64,000 bases of DNA, taken from positions 403 through 64,402 of the forward strand of contig NTJN01000005.1 of NCBI GenBank assembly GCA_002457515.1, given 5' to 3'. The translations under genes and the position numbers were made by a program. The notes beneath the pieces were generated by a model. It was not told the origin of the DNA and ran no database searches. It worked only from the letters and a program-made list of their open reading frames with translations. Every line of letters starts with the position of its first letter. Position 1 is the stretch's first letter. The stretch is from Pelagibacterales bacterium MED-G40. GTDB taxonomy: Bacteria > Pseudomonadota > Alphaproteobacteria > Pelagibacterales > Pelagibacteraceae. Shown one piece after another: positions 10,858-20,680 of the stretch.

Positions 10858-10881
10858 ATAAGTAGTTAAAAATAGCATTTT

Positions 10882-11898
10882 ATGATATTAAAAAAAATGA
10901 CTCAATTCTTAAAAATATTTTTTTTTATTCTACTAATTTTGCCTCAGAATCACTCGTATTCTGATTCTACTAATTTTAATGTTTGGCTTAAAGAATTCAG
11001 CCAACTTGCAAAAAAAGAAGGTGTCTCAGATTCGACTATAAACAACACATTATTAAATTCGAAATTTTTACCCAAAGTCATTGAGTATGATAGATATCAA
11101 CCTGAGTTTTATGAAGACACCCACACTTATATTAATAAGCGTGTAACTAAATCTAAAATTAAAAAAGGTATTACCTTGTATAAAAAAGAAAAAAATACGA
11201 TTAACATAGTAGAAAAAAAATTTTCGGTTGAAAAAGAATTATTATTATCTCTAATGGGCATCGAAACAAATTTTGGTAAGTATTTAGGCAAAATGGATAT
11301 TGTCTCATCTCTTGCTACACTTAGTTTTGATAAAAGAAGAAGCGCGTTTTTTACTAATGAACTTCTGATATTACTTAAACTAATTGATAAGAAAATTATT
11401 GATCCAAAAATACTTTACGGTTCATGGGCCGGTGCGTTTGGAAATTTCCAATTTATGCCATCTACAATCAAATTTCATGCAATTGATTTTAATAAAAATT
11501 CAATAATAGAGCTTAAAAAAGTCGAAGATTCATTTGCATCAGCAGCGAATTACATAAGTAAGATAGGGTGGAATAATAACGAACCGTGTTTTTATAAAAT
11601 TGATTTAGATAACAAAATTCCTGATAAATATTTAAATGCTTCTGCTAAAAAAATTAAAAATAAAAGAAAATATAGTTTTTTTAAAAAATATATTAAAAAC
11701 AGTGAGTCTTTGAAAATTAATAATGATTTAACCTCAGCTATTGTCACTCCGGATATAAGCATAATACCTGGTGCCAAAAAACTTAAACCAGCATATATAG
11801 TTTTTAATAATTACGAATTAATCTTAAAATGGAATAGATCTTTGCGTTTTGCGCTTGCAGTCTGTACATTAAAAAATCGTTTGAAAAATGAAATTTAA
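10882..11898 (+). CDS. mltB: Lytic murein transglycosylase MltB/Slt35 family
   Basis: QPEF, GIETNFG catalytic Glu, GSWAGAFGNFQFMPS, WNRS. Confidence 0.9.
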   Translation: MILKKMTQFLKIFFFILLILPQNHSYSDSTNFNVWLKEFSQLAKKEGVSDSTINNTLLNSKFLPKVIEYDRYQPEFYEDTHTYINKRVTKSKIKKGITLYKKEKNTINIVEKKFSVEKELLLSLMGIETNFGKYLGKMDIVSSLATLSFDKRRSAFFTNELLILLKLIDKKIIDPKILYGSWAGAFGNFQFMPSTIKFHAIDFNKNSIIELKKVEDSFASAANYISKIGWNNNEPCFYKIDLDNKIPDKYLNASAKKIKNKRKYSFFKKYIKNSESLKINNDLTSAIVTPDISIIPGAKKLKPAYIVFNNYELILKWNRSLRFALAVCTLKNRLKNEI

Positions 11899-12622
11899 AT
11901 TATTAATAATTTTTCTATTTACTATTTCTTGTTCCGTTCAAACGAATAGTAGTTTTAAAAAGTCTTCCTACACCTCAAGTGGTTTTGCATATGTTTACAA
12001 TGATGGTGATTTTTCCAATAAAATAGTTTCAAAAAAGTTTGATAATATGGAGCTTTTACTCGGGCATAATAGGCTTAGAGCAGGAACAATAGTTAAAATC
12101 TCTAATCCTGAAAATAAAAAATCAACTACACTTAAAATTAAAAAGAAAGTAAATTACCCTGATTTTTATACTATATTGATTACTGACTCAGTATTACAAA
12201 AATTAGAATTAAGTGCCGAAACACCATACGTTGAGATACAAGAGATAAAAAAGAATAAATCTTTTGTAGCAGGCAAGAGCAATACTTTTAATGAAGAAAG
12301 AAAAGTTTCAAATAAAGCCCCTGTTATGAATGTGAAAATTGATAATATATCTAAAAATAAAAATTCCAAAAAAGTTAAAAAAAAGATTTTCTCAATCGTT
12401 GTTGCAGAATTTTATTCAATTGAATCAGCAAGAAATCTGAAAAAAAAACTAAATGACGTAACTTTTAATTCAACTAATAAAAAATTGTTAATAAAAAAGA
12501 AAAAAAAGAACAGTTTTGAACTTATTTTAGGTCCATATAAAGCTGTTAATTCTTTAAAAAATGACTACATTGCTCTAAAAGATTATGGATTTGAAGATCT
12601 TGAAATTACAATTAATGAATAA
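11888..12622 (+). CDS. Degenerate RlpA-like lipoprotein (DPBB + SPOR-like)
   Basis: Lipobox ISC; DPBB-like HNRLRAGTIVKISNPEN; C-terminal LGPY SPOR-like; position in mltB-rlpA-dacA order. Confidence 0.65.
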   Translation: MKFKLLIIFLFTISCSVQTNSSFKKSSYTSSGFAYVYNDGDFSNKIVSKKFDNMELLLGHNRLRAGTIVKISNPENKKSTTLKIKKKVNYPDFYTILITDSVLQKLELSAETPYVEIQEIKKNKSFVAGKSNTFNEERKVSNKAPVMNVKIDNISKNKNSKKVKKKIFSIVVAEFYSIESARNLKKKLNDVTFNSTNKKLLIKKKKKNSFELILGPYKAVNSLKNDYIALKDYGFEDLEITINE

Positions 12623-13766
12623 ACTTTTAACTATATTATTATTTTCTTTTTTTCTTTTAAATAACAACTTATCCGCAAATCCAAATATTGTTGCAAAAAC
12701 AGCAATTCTAGTTGATTTTGACTCTGATGAGATACTTTACGAGTTAGAGCCTGATATGCAAATATATCCGGCTTCCATGACAAAAATAATGACTTCGATT
12801 ATTGTATTTGATTTACTAAAAAATAATAAGATATCTTTAGACGATAAATTTATAGTCTCAGAAAAAGCATGGAGATTATCTCAAAGCGGTTATTCATCTA
12901 TGTTTATAATGGTTAACGATGAAGTTTCTGTTGAAGATTTATTGAAGGGGATAATTATTGCTTCAGGAAATGATGCTTGCGTTGCTATTGCCGAAGGTAT
13001 AGCTGGAACTGAAGAAAATTTTGCAGATATGATGAATGAAAAAGCTGGTGAAATTGGAATGCTAAACTCTAATTTTACTAATTCATCAGGGATTAACGAT
13101 CCAGATAATTATTCTACTGTTAGAGACATAGCGATCATGTCTAAGCACTTAATAAAAAATTACCCAGATTTATATAAAATGTATGCTGAAAAAGAATTTA
13201 CGTGGGACAAAACTGGAGGCGATCCAATTACTCAAGGAAATAGAAATGGATTGTTATATAGAAATATTGGAGCAGACGGAATTAAAACTGGTTATTTAGC
13301 AGTAGAAAAATACTCTTTAGCAAGCACTATAAAAAGAGACACAAGAAGATTGATATCAGTTGGAAGTGGTTTTCAGACAAAAGGATCAAGAACTTCAGAG
13401 TCTATTAAACTTTTAAGTTGGGGATTTAGAAATACTGATACTTTTCAAATTTCCAAAATGGGTGAAACTAAATTTAATTTAGAAACTTGGATAGGAAAAA
13501 AGAAATCTGTGGAAGGTATAACTAAAGAAGATTTGTTCATTACATTAAAAAAAAAGGATGTACGCAACTTTAAAGTTTTCTTAGATTATACAGGGCCTAT
13601 AATTGCTCCAATTAAACAAGGGCAAGAGATAGGAAAAATTAAGATATTTAAAGGTGAAGAACTCTTAAAGACAGCAAAAGTTTTTGCATCTGAAGACATA
13701 AAAAAAATAAATTTTTTTAAAAGTGTACTTACCTCTATTAATTACATGATTTGGGGAGATGTTTAA
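12615..13766 (+). CDS. dacA: D-alanyl-D-alanine carboxypeptidase (PBP5/6)
   Basis: SMTK, SGN and KTG motifs; ATG at 12615 begins a signal peptide. Confidence 0.93.
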   Translation: MNKLLTILLFSFFLLNNNLSANPNIVAKTAILVDFDSDEILYELEPDMQIYPASMTKIMTSIIVFDLLKNNKISLDDKFIVSEKAWRLSQSGYSSMFIMVNDEVSVEDLLKGIIIASGNDACVAIAEGIAGTEENFADMMNEKAGEIGMLNSNFTNSSGINDPDNYSTVRDIAIMSKHLIKNYPDLYKMYAEKEFTWDKTGGDPITQGNRNGLLYRNIGADGIKTGYLAVEKYSLASTIKRDTRRLISVGSGFQTKGSRTSESIKLLSWGFRNTDTFQISKMGETKFNLETWIGKKKSVEGITKEDLFITLKKKDVRNFKVFLDYTGPIIAPIKQGQEIGKIKIFKGEELLKTAKVFASEDIKKINFFKSVLTSINYMIWGDV

Positions 13767-14403
13767 AAAAAAACCTTTTTTTGTTGTCTTCGAAGGTATT
13801 GAAGGCTCTGGTAAGTCATATCAAAGCAATAGATTGTATAAAAAATTAAAGCAAAAAAAATTTCCAGTAATTTTAACTAGAGAACCGGGTGGAACTAAAA
13901 CAGCTGAAAAAATAAGAAACGTTATATTAGATGACTATTTTCATAAAGACTCTGACAAACAATTTGATAAAAACACTGACACACTTCTTTATTTGGCAGC
14001 TAGAAACGAGCATTTAATAAATAGAATTTTACCTGCAATAAAAAAAAATAAAATAGTTATTTGTGACAGATTTATAGACTCAACTTTTGCTTATCAAATT
14101 TATGGCAAATCTGTAAGTAAAGATTTAGTCGATGGTATACATAAACACATTTTGGGTAATATAAAACCCAATCTAACAATTCTTCTTACGGTAAAAATCT
14201 CTAAAGCTTTATCTAGGCTTAAAAAACGAAAAAAAAAAAATCGTTATGATAAATTTTCAAAAAAATTTTATATTAAGGCACAGAATGCTTTTGTAAAAAT
14301 TTCTAAAAAAAATAAAAAGAAGTACTTAGTTCTTGACTCATCTAATGACGACAAGAAGATAGAACAAAAAATACTTGAGGTAATTTTAAATAGAATTAAA
14401 TAA
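13759..14403 (+). CDS. tmk: Thymidylate kinase
   Basis: FEGIEGSGKS P-loop, TREPGG, CDRFIDST.AYQ. Confidence 0.96.
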   Translation: MFKKKPFFVVFEGIEGSGKSYQSNRLYKKLKQKKFPVILTREPGGTKTAEKIRNVILDDYFHKDSDKQFDKNTDTLLYLAARNEHLINRILPAIKKNKIVICDRFIDSTFAYQIYGKSVSKDLVDGIHKHILGNIKPNLTILLTVKISKALSRLKKRKKKNRYDKFSKKFYIKAQNAFVKISKKNKKKYLVLDSSNDDKKIEQKILEVILNRIK

Positions 14404-14407
14404 TTAT

Positions 14408-15346
14408 ATGGAAGACAGAAGTCTCTTTAATCCATTAAATTCAAACAAGTTAATTGGTCTTGATAAATATTTTGAGGAATTAATAAATCTTTATAATTCA
14501 AACCAATTTCCAAAGGTTTTGTTATTATCTGGCAACAAGGGTATAGGAAAATTTACTTTAATTATTCATTTATTAAATTATATTTTTTCTAAAAAAACTT
14601 ACAATTTAAAAGAAAAAAGTTTTGATTTAAAATCAACTTTTCATAATAAATTATCAAACAATATCTCTGAAAATATAATTTTTTTAAAAACTAAAGTGAA
14701 GGAAAATATTAAGATTGAAAATATAAGAAGTTTAAAATCAACAATTTCAAAATCTGTTGCTAATGAAAACCCTAGATTTATTATATTAGATGACGTTGAG
14801 AAATATAATGTTAATTCTTCTAATGCACTACTAAAAATACTGGAAGAACCATCTAAAAATAATTTTTTTATTTTAATTGATAACAAAGAAAATAAAATAA
14901 TAGAGACAATCTCTTCCCGATCAATCAAGATGAATATATTTTTAAATCAAGCTCAAAAAACTAGAGCTATCGAATATCTTTTAGAAAAAAACCAAATTCA
15001 AAATGTTATGACTTTAAAATATTTAGATGTTTCACCTGGTCTTTTCTTAGAATATAATTATTTATTAGTTAAAAACAATATTCAGTTACAGACATGCTTT
15101 ATACCAAAATTAGAAAAACTGTTAAATTTATACAAGAAAGATAAAGATCAAAAATTAATAAGCTTAGCAATAAATATAACTGAGTCTCATTTCTTTTATC
15201 TTTATCAAAAAAATGTTAATAAGCCGATGGAACTAAATGAAGTTAAAAATAAAATTATATATTTAATTAATGATTTTGTTAAATTTAATTTAAATTTAAA
15301 AACAGTATTTAGCTCCATTAAATCTCAGTTCAACAATGCAAAATAA
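14408..15346 (+). CDS. holB: DNA polymerase III delta-prime-like subunit
   Basis: GNKGIGK, NALLKILEEP, TISSR; tmk-holB-metG-tatD synteny. Confidence 0.88.
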   Translation: MEDRSLFNPLNSNKLIGLDKYFEELINLYNSNQFPKVLLLSGNKGIGKFTLIIHLLNYIFSKKTYNLKEKSFDLKSTFHNKLSNNISENIIFLKTKVKENIKIENIRSLKSTISKSVANENPRFIILDDVEKYNVNSSNALLKILEEPSKNNFFILIDNKENKIIETISSRSIKMNIFLNQAQKTRAIEYLLEKNQIQNVMTLKYLDVSPGLFLEYNYLLVKNNIQLQTCFIPKLEKLLNLYKKDKDQKLISLAINITESHFFYLYQKNVNKPMELNEVKNKIIYLINDFVKFNLNLKTVFSSIKSQFNNAK

Positions 15347-16880
15347 AAGTTTTTATATCACTACACCTATTTATTACCCATCTGGCAAACCTCACATGGG
15401 TCATGCCTATTCAAGTATCGTCGCAGATATTTTCGCTAGATTTAAAAATATAGAAGGTTTCGATGTTTTTTACTTAACGGGTACTGATGAACATGGTCTT
15501 AAAATACAGAGAGAGGCTGAGAAAAACAAAAAGGATCCAAAAAAGTTTTGCGATGAACTTTCCGCAACATTTAGAGATTTAACTAAAACTCTTAATTTAT
15601 CTAATTCTGATTTTATTAGAACTACAGAAGATAGACATTATAAATCAGTCAAAGAAATTTGGCAGCGTCTACAAAAAAGTGGTGATATTTATTTATCTAA
15701 ATATTCGGGATGGTATTCAATATCTGACGAAGCTTATTATGACGAAGATGAAATTATTTCAAAAAATAATAAAAAATATTCTAAATCATCTGGTTCAGAA
15801 GTTGATTGGGTTGAGGAGGAGTCTTATTTTTTTAAACTTTCTAAGTGGCAAAATAAGCTTCTTCAGCATTATGATAAAAATCCGAGTTTTATTTTACCTG
15901 AGTCTAGAAAAAATGAAGTAGTTAACTTTGTAAAAAAAGGTTTAAAAGATCTATCAGTTAGTCGAACTTCTTTCACATGGGGTATTCCTGTACCCCAAAA
16001 TAAAAAGCATGTAATTTATGTTTGGCTTGATGCATTAACTAATTATATAAGTGCGTTAAACTTTCCAGACACATCCAATGAATTATTTAAAAAATTTTGG
16101 CCAGCTTCTATTCATATTATCGGAAAAGACATTTTAAGATTTCATGCAATATATTGGCCAGCATTTTTGATGGCAGCAAATATTCCGTTACCAAAAAAAA
16201 TTTATGGACATGGCTGGATTCTTTCTGATGAAAAAAAAATGTCAAAGTCATTGGGTAACATATTAGATCCAATTGAAATAATAAATAAATATGGGATAGA
16301 TCAATTAAGGTACTATTTGATTAAAGAGGTTTCACTTGGTAATGATGGAAATATATCACTTAAAAATTTAGAAGATTGTATTAATAACGACCTAGCAAAC
16401 AACTTTGGTAATTTATGCCAAAGAGTTTTTACATTTGTTAAAAAAAATTGTTCTAATAAAATACCAAATTCTAAGAATTTCGATAAAGTAGATCTTGCTC
16501 TTACTGAAAATCTCATTAAAACTCTTCCAGCACTTATTGAAAACATGAATAATCAAAAATTAAATAATTATTTAAACGAAGTTATTAGTTTTTCTTTCGA
16601 TGCAAATAAATATTTTAATGATTTAAAGCCTTGGGAACTTAAAAATAAAGACCCAGAAAGAATGAACGCTGTTTTAAACACTATAATCACACAAATCAAA
16701 AATATAAGCATATTATTAAATCCTATTATACCAATTGCTTCAGAAAATGTTTTAGATTTTTTAAATGTTCCTGTTGAGAAAAGAAAAATTACATTTATTA
16801 AAGACAAAAATGTTTTTGATTATCAAAAAGAACTTAATGAATTCAATATTTTATTCAAAAAAATAGAAAATGATAATTGA
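15336..16880 (+). CDS. metG: Methionyl-tRNA synthetase (short form, no Zn-knuckle cysteines)
   Basis: HMGH, GTDEHG, YVWLDAL, KMSKS. Confidence 0.97.
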   Translation: MQNKSFYITTPIYYPSGKPHMGHAYSSIVADIFARFKNIEGFDVFYLTGTDEHGLKIQREAEKNKKDPKKFCDELSATFRDLTKTLNLSNSDFIRTTEDRHYKSVKEIWQRLQKSGDIYLSKYSGWYSISDEAYYDEDEIISKNNKKYSKSSGSEVDWVEEESYFFKLSKWQNKLLQHYDKNPSFILPESRKNEVVNFVKKGLKDLSVSRTSFTWGIPVPQNKKHVIYVWLDALTNYISALNFPDTSNELFKKFWPASIHIIGKDILRFHAIYWPAFLMAANIPLPKKIYGHGWILSDEKKMSKSLGNILDPIEIINKYGIDQLRYYLIKEVSLGNDGNISLKNLEDCINNDLANNFGNLCQRVFTFVKKNCSNKIPNSKNFDKVDLALTENLIKTLPALIENMNNQKLNNYLNEVISFSFDANKYFNDLKPWELKNKDPERMNAVLNTIITQIKNISILLNPIIPIASENVLDFLNVPVEKRKITFIKDKNVFDYQKELNEFNILFKKIENDN

Positions 16881-17646
16881 TTCACACTGTCACTTAGAGT
16901 TTGATCCATTACACGGTGATTTAGATGCTGTATTCCAAAGAGCTTTCTTAAATGATGTAAGGTATTTTTTAACCATTTCTACAAAAGATAGTAGTTATGA
17001 AAAAATATTGCAAATTTTAAGAAAATACAAATTTGTTTATGGTACTTACGGAATCCATCCTCATGAGGCTAAATCCCATAAGAATATTAAAAGCTATGAT
17101 ATTTTGCAGAAGGTTAAAATTAACGAAAAAATTATAGGAATAGGTGAAAGTGGATTAGATTATTATTATAAAAATTCAGATATAGATATTCAAAAAAAAA
17201 TTTTTGTTGAACATATTAAAGCATCTCAAGAATCTAATTTACCTCTAATAGTACATACAAGATCCGCTGAGAGTGATACATATGAAATTCTCAAATCTGA
17301 AATAAAAAATAAGAAACTTAAAGTTCTGATTCATTGCTTTACTGGATCAAAAGAATTTGCAAAAAAACTTTTAGATATTGGTTGTTTCATTTCTGCTAGT
17401 GGTATAGTCACTTTTAAAAATTCAAAAGATTTAGCAGAAACTTTTAAATTTATACCTAATGAAAGAATTCTAGTTGAAACTGACTCACCATATCTATCTC
17501 CAGATCCATTGAGAGGCAAAATAAATGAGCCTTGTAACATAATTTACACTTTAAAATTTTTGTCTAAAATAAAAAATCTGGACGAGGAAAGTTTTGCAAA
17601 AACTACAACAGAAAACTTTTTTAAGTTGTTCGGAGAACTTCGTTGA
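16870..17646 (+). CDS. tatD: TatD family nuclease
   Basis: DSHCH, GIHPH, GESGLD, HCF, ETDSPYL. Confidence 0.93.
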   Translation: MIIDSHCHLEFDPLHGDLDAVFQRAFLNDVRYFLTISTKDSSYEKILQILRKYKFVYGTYGIHPHEAKSHKNIKSYDILQKVKINEKIIGIGESGLDYYYKNSDIDIQKKIFVEHIKASQESNLPLIVHTRSAESDTYEILKSEIKNKKLKVLIHCFTGSKEFAKKLLDIGCFISASGIVTFKNSKDLAETFKFIPNERILVETDSPYLSPDPLRGKINEPCNIIYTLKFLSKIKNLDEESFAKTTTENFFKLFGELR

Positions 17647-18413
17647 GTAAAACTTTTACGATACTAGGCTGTGGGAGTTCATTAGGCTCACCCTGGATTA
17701 CAGAGCACTGGGGGAATTGTAACAAAAATGATATTAAAAATGTACGAACTAGATGTTCAGCACATATTAATTATAATGGTCTTTCCATATTAATAGATAC
17801 CTCACCAGATATTAAGCAGCAATTTAAAAAAAATAAAATAAAAAATGTTGATGCGGTTATATACACTCATGAACATTCTGATCAAGCTTCGGGAATTTTT
17901 GAGTTAAGACCTTTTACTTGGATAAATAAAAAAAAGATTCCTGTTTATGGGAGTCAAAGAACTATTAATGAATTGAAAAAAAAATACACGTTCTGTTTCT
18001 TTCCTAAAAGTGGTTACTTGCCAATATTAAAACCAAATATTATAAAAAATAATTTTAGAATTACCAAAAAAAATAATTCCATTTACATTAAATCTTTTGA
18101 CGTAGATCATGGAATGATAAAGGCTACTGGTTATGTTTTTGAAAAAATTTGCTATATAAGTGATTGTAATAACATAGACAAAAAAAACTACAAACATCTT
18201 AAGGGACTTAGATACCTGATTATTGACTGTTTAAGAATTAAAAAACACCCATCTCATTTTAATTTAGATGAGGCAGTAAAAATATCTAATTTTTTAAATC
18301 CTAAAAAAACAATATTAACAAATTTACACGTTGACTTTGATTACAAAACTCTAAAAAAAATGATGCCCTCAAATATTATTCCCGCTTATGATGGTTTAAA
18401 ATTTAATTTTTGA
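17643..18413 (+). CDS. PhnP/YcfH-associated metallo-beta-lactamase-fold hydrolase
   Basis: LGCGSS, IDTSPD, THEHSDQ, YISD, HPSH; TTG start overlapping tatD. Confidence 0.85.
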   Translation: MSKTFTILGCGSSLGSPWITEHWGNCNKNDIKNVRTRCSAHINYNGLSILIDTSPDIKQQFKKNKIKNVDAVIYTHEHSDQASGIFELRPFTWINKKKIPVYGSQRTINELKKKYTFCFFPKSGYLPILKPNIIKNNFRITKKNNSIYIKSFDVDHGMIKATGYVFEKICYISDCNNIDKKNYKHLKGLRYLIIDCLRIKKHPSHFNLDEAVKISNFLNPKKTILTNLHVDFDYKTLKKMMPSNIIPAYDGLKFNF

Positions 18414-18948
18414 TTTCTTTCTCAATAGAATTTATAAATTTTTTTGATGATGGTTTAGTGAACGAAGCAAAAGTATCTGTTATTTTTCCATTTTTATCGA
18501 CCACTATCTTATGAAAGTTCCACTTTGGAATAGCTCCAATTCCATAATTTTTTTTTGCCCATTTATAAAAAGGGTGGGCATCAGCACCTATTACATTTGT
18601 TTTTTCTGTTAGAGGAAAACTTATACCAAAATTTGACTCACAAAATTTTTTAATATCTTTATTAGTACCCGGTTCTTGTTTAAAGTTATTAGTTGGTATT
18701 CCAATAACAACTAAATTCCTTTCTTTATACTTGCTCCAAAGTTCTTGAAGGTCTTTATATTGAGGGGTATATCCACATCTACTAGCCACATTAACTACTA
18801 CTATAACCTTACTTTTATAATTTTCTAAATTTATTACATTTCCATCGATTCCACGAAAACTAAAGTCATATGCAAGTTTATCATAATTTGCGTTTAAATT
18901 TGAAAAGAAACTAAATATCATAAATAGTACAAGTAAACATTTTTTCAT
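18403..18948 (-). CDS. Glutathione peroxidase family protein (Cys type, exported)
   Basis: VNVASRCGYT, QEPG, KWNFHK; signal-peptide-like N-terminus. Confidence 0.92.
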   Translation of the reverse strand: MKKCLLVLFMIFSFFSNLNANYDKLAYDFSFRGIDGNVINLENYKSKVIVVVNVASRCGYTPQYKDLQELWSKYKERNLVVIGIPTNNFKQEPGTNKDIKKFCESNFGISFPLTEKTNVIGADAHPFYKWAKKNYGIGAIPKWNFHKIVVDKNGKITDTFASFTKPSSKKFINSIEKEIKN

Positions 18949-18949
18949 T

Positions 18950-19351
18950 TTAAATTTTTAAAGCCTTTTGTACAGCGTGCAAAGGAAGCATAATACAATT
19001 GTGTCTATCTTTATTCTTTTTTTTCATTAAAATTTTAAATTCTTTATATTTTTTTGGTAATTTCTTATCTTTAGTTAAAAAAAATTCTTCAATTTGAGCA
19101 AAATCACTTTTCATTCTATTAATTCTAAATGAAGAAATAATATTTGATAAAATACTGGCAGATGCTTGACAATAGACGCATGACTCAGTTTCATATCTCA
19201 TATTTTTAATTTTAGTTTTATCAGCATTTAATTCAACGGTTATTTTGTCACCGCATAATTTATTTTTAGATGAAGCTTTATGAGTGCTTGTCTTTGTTAA
19301 TCCGTAATTTTTTGTGTTAGAAGCTAATCTAATTACCTGGATATCAAACAT
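18950..19351 (-). CDS. IscU/SufU-like Fe-S scaffold protein
   Basis: NKLCGD, CVYCQAS, RHNC; ATG 19351 overlaps the nhaA stop. Confidence 0.8.
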   Translation of the reverse strand: MFDIQVIRLASNTKNYGLTKTSTHKASSKNKLCGDKITVELNADKTKIKNMRYETESCVYCQASASILSNIISSFRINRMKSDFAQIEEFFLTKDKKLPKKYKEFKILMKKKNKDRHNCIMLPLHAVQKALKI

Positions 19352-20522
19352 TTTTTTTAGCAAAAATTAATAATATAAAGTACCCAAGTAAAGTCGAAAG
19401 CAAGGATCCAACTAAAACTCCTATCTTCACGCCACCTAAATAGTTTGAGTTTTCAACAAAAGCTAAATTACCAACAAATAAACTCATAGTAAAACCTATT
19501 CCAGTTAATATAGATACTCCATATAGCATCATCCAGTTTGATTGATTTGGCATTTCAGCAAATTTAAATTTTATAGATAAATAAGAAAATATTAATACTC
19601 CAAATTGTTTTCCAAAAAAAAGACCACATACTATTCCTAAAGGCACAGGATTTAATAAAGAAGCAAAAGTGAGACCTTCTAGAGACACACCTGCGTTTGC
19701 AAAAGCAAATATAGGCATGATGCCAAAAGCAACATAAGGTGAAATAGAATGTTCCAATTTTAACAAAAGTGACTCTTTGTGTTTTTTAATTTTATGGGGA
19801 ATGGTTAATGCCAACAAAACTCCAGCTATCGTAGCGTGAATACCTGAATGGTGAGTGAAATCCCAAAGAAATATTCCAACTATAAGATAAGGCAAAAATC
19901 TTCGTACATTAAATTTATTTAGGATAAATAGAACAACAATTGCCGATAACATTAAAAGTAAATACATTGTTTTAATATTCCCGGAGTAAAAAAAAGCAAT
20001 TATAACTATCGCCCCCAAATCATCTATTATTGCTAGCGCAGTTAAAAAAACTTTTAATGACAAAGGAACTCTTTTGCCAAGTAAAGATAGAACTCCCAAA
20101 GAAAAAGCTATGTCTGTAGCCGAAGGTATAGCCCAACCATTTAATCTTGTGGGGTCGTCGATATTGAAATATATATAAACTAAAGCAGGAACCAACATTC
20201 CACCAACCGCACCTATAATTGGAAGTAATGCTTGTTTAGGATTTGATAGTTCTCCTTGTATAAATTCACGTTTAATTTCTAACGTGACTAAGAAGAAAAA
20301 AATTGCCATTAAAACATCATTGATCCAATGCAATATCGAGAGGTTTAACCCAAAACTTTTTGTTCCCAACAAAATTTTGTGATTTAGCAATTCAAAATAT
20401 TTACTTGAAAACTCACTGTTACTTATGAACAGTGCTATAATAGCCGCAAATAGAAGAACTAACCCTGATGCAGATTCTAACTTAAAAAAATATTTAAACG
20501 GTCTAGTTATATGTTGAATCAT
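19344..20522 (-). CDS. nhaA: Na+/H+ antiporter NhaA
   Basis: WINDVLM, ATDIAF, LAIIDD, GIGFTMS. Confidence 0.97.
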   Translation of the reverse strand: MIQHITRPFKYFFKLESASGLVLLFAAIIALFISNSEFSSKYFELLNHKILLGTKSFGLNLSILHWINDVLMAIFFFLVTLEIKREFIQGELSNPKQALLPIIGAVGGMLVPALVYIYFNIDDPTRLNGWAIPSATDIAFSLGVLSLLGKRVPLSLKVFLTALAIIDDLGAIVIIAFFYSGNIKTMYLLLMLSAIVVLFILNKFNVRRFLPYLIVGIFLWDFTHHSGIHATIAGVLLALTIPHKIKKHKESLLLKLEHSISPYVAFGIMPIFAFANAGVSLEGLTFASLLNPVPLGIVCGLFFGKQFGVLIFSYLSIKFKFAEMPNQSNWMMLYGVSILTGIGFTMSLFVGNLAFVENSNYLGGVKIGVLVGSLLSTLLGYFILLIFAKKNV

Positions 20523-20557
20523 TTTGATTACTTACTTATATAACACTAATCTTTCAA

Positions 20558-20586
20558 TTGCCAAAAAGTCTTATTTAACTTATAAA
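20558..20586 (+). promoter_or_regulatory. Putative sigma70 promoter of tRNA-Pro and probably the downstream operon
   Basis: TTGCCA-N17-TATAAA, 10 nt upstream of the tRNA. Confidence 0.65.
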
Positions 20587-20596
20587 ATTGAAAATT

Positions 20597-20673
20597 CGGG
20601 GTGTAGCGAAGCCTGGTATCGCACTTGGTTTGGGACCAAGGGATCGTAGGTTCAAATCCTACCACCCCGACCA
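20597..20673 (+). tRNA. tRNA-Pro(UGG)
   Basis: CGGGGTG/CACCCCG acceptor, CTTGG-TTTGGGA-CCAAG anticodon arm, GTTCAAATCC, CCA. Confidence 0.97.
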
Positions 20674-20680
20674 ATTCGTT

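Noticed and set aside
14229-14240. A12 homopolymer in tmk (and other poly-A/T runs) as phase-variation tracts
   Set aside because: In frame, encodes Lys runs in an essential gene; expected in such AT-rich DNA
18403-18948. Selenocysteine glutathione peroxidase
   Set aside because: The active-site codon is TGT (Cys) and the frame has no in-frame TGA
20588-20680. N-terminal 31-aa extension of the 771-aa ORF, and antisense ORF 20546-20743
   Set aside because: Both are translations of tRNA-Pro; the Rossmann fold starts right after ATG 20681
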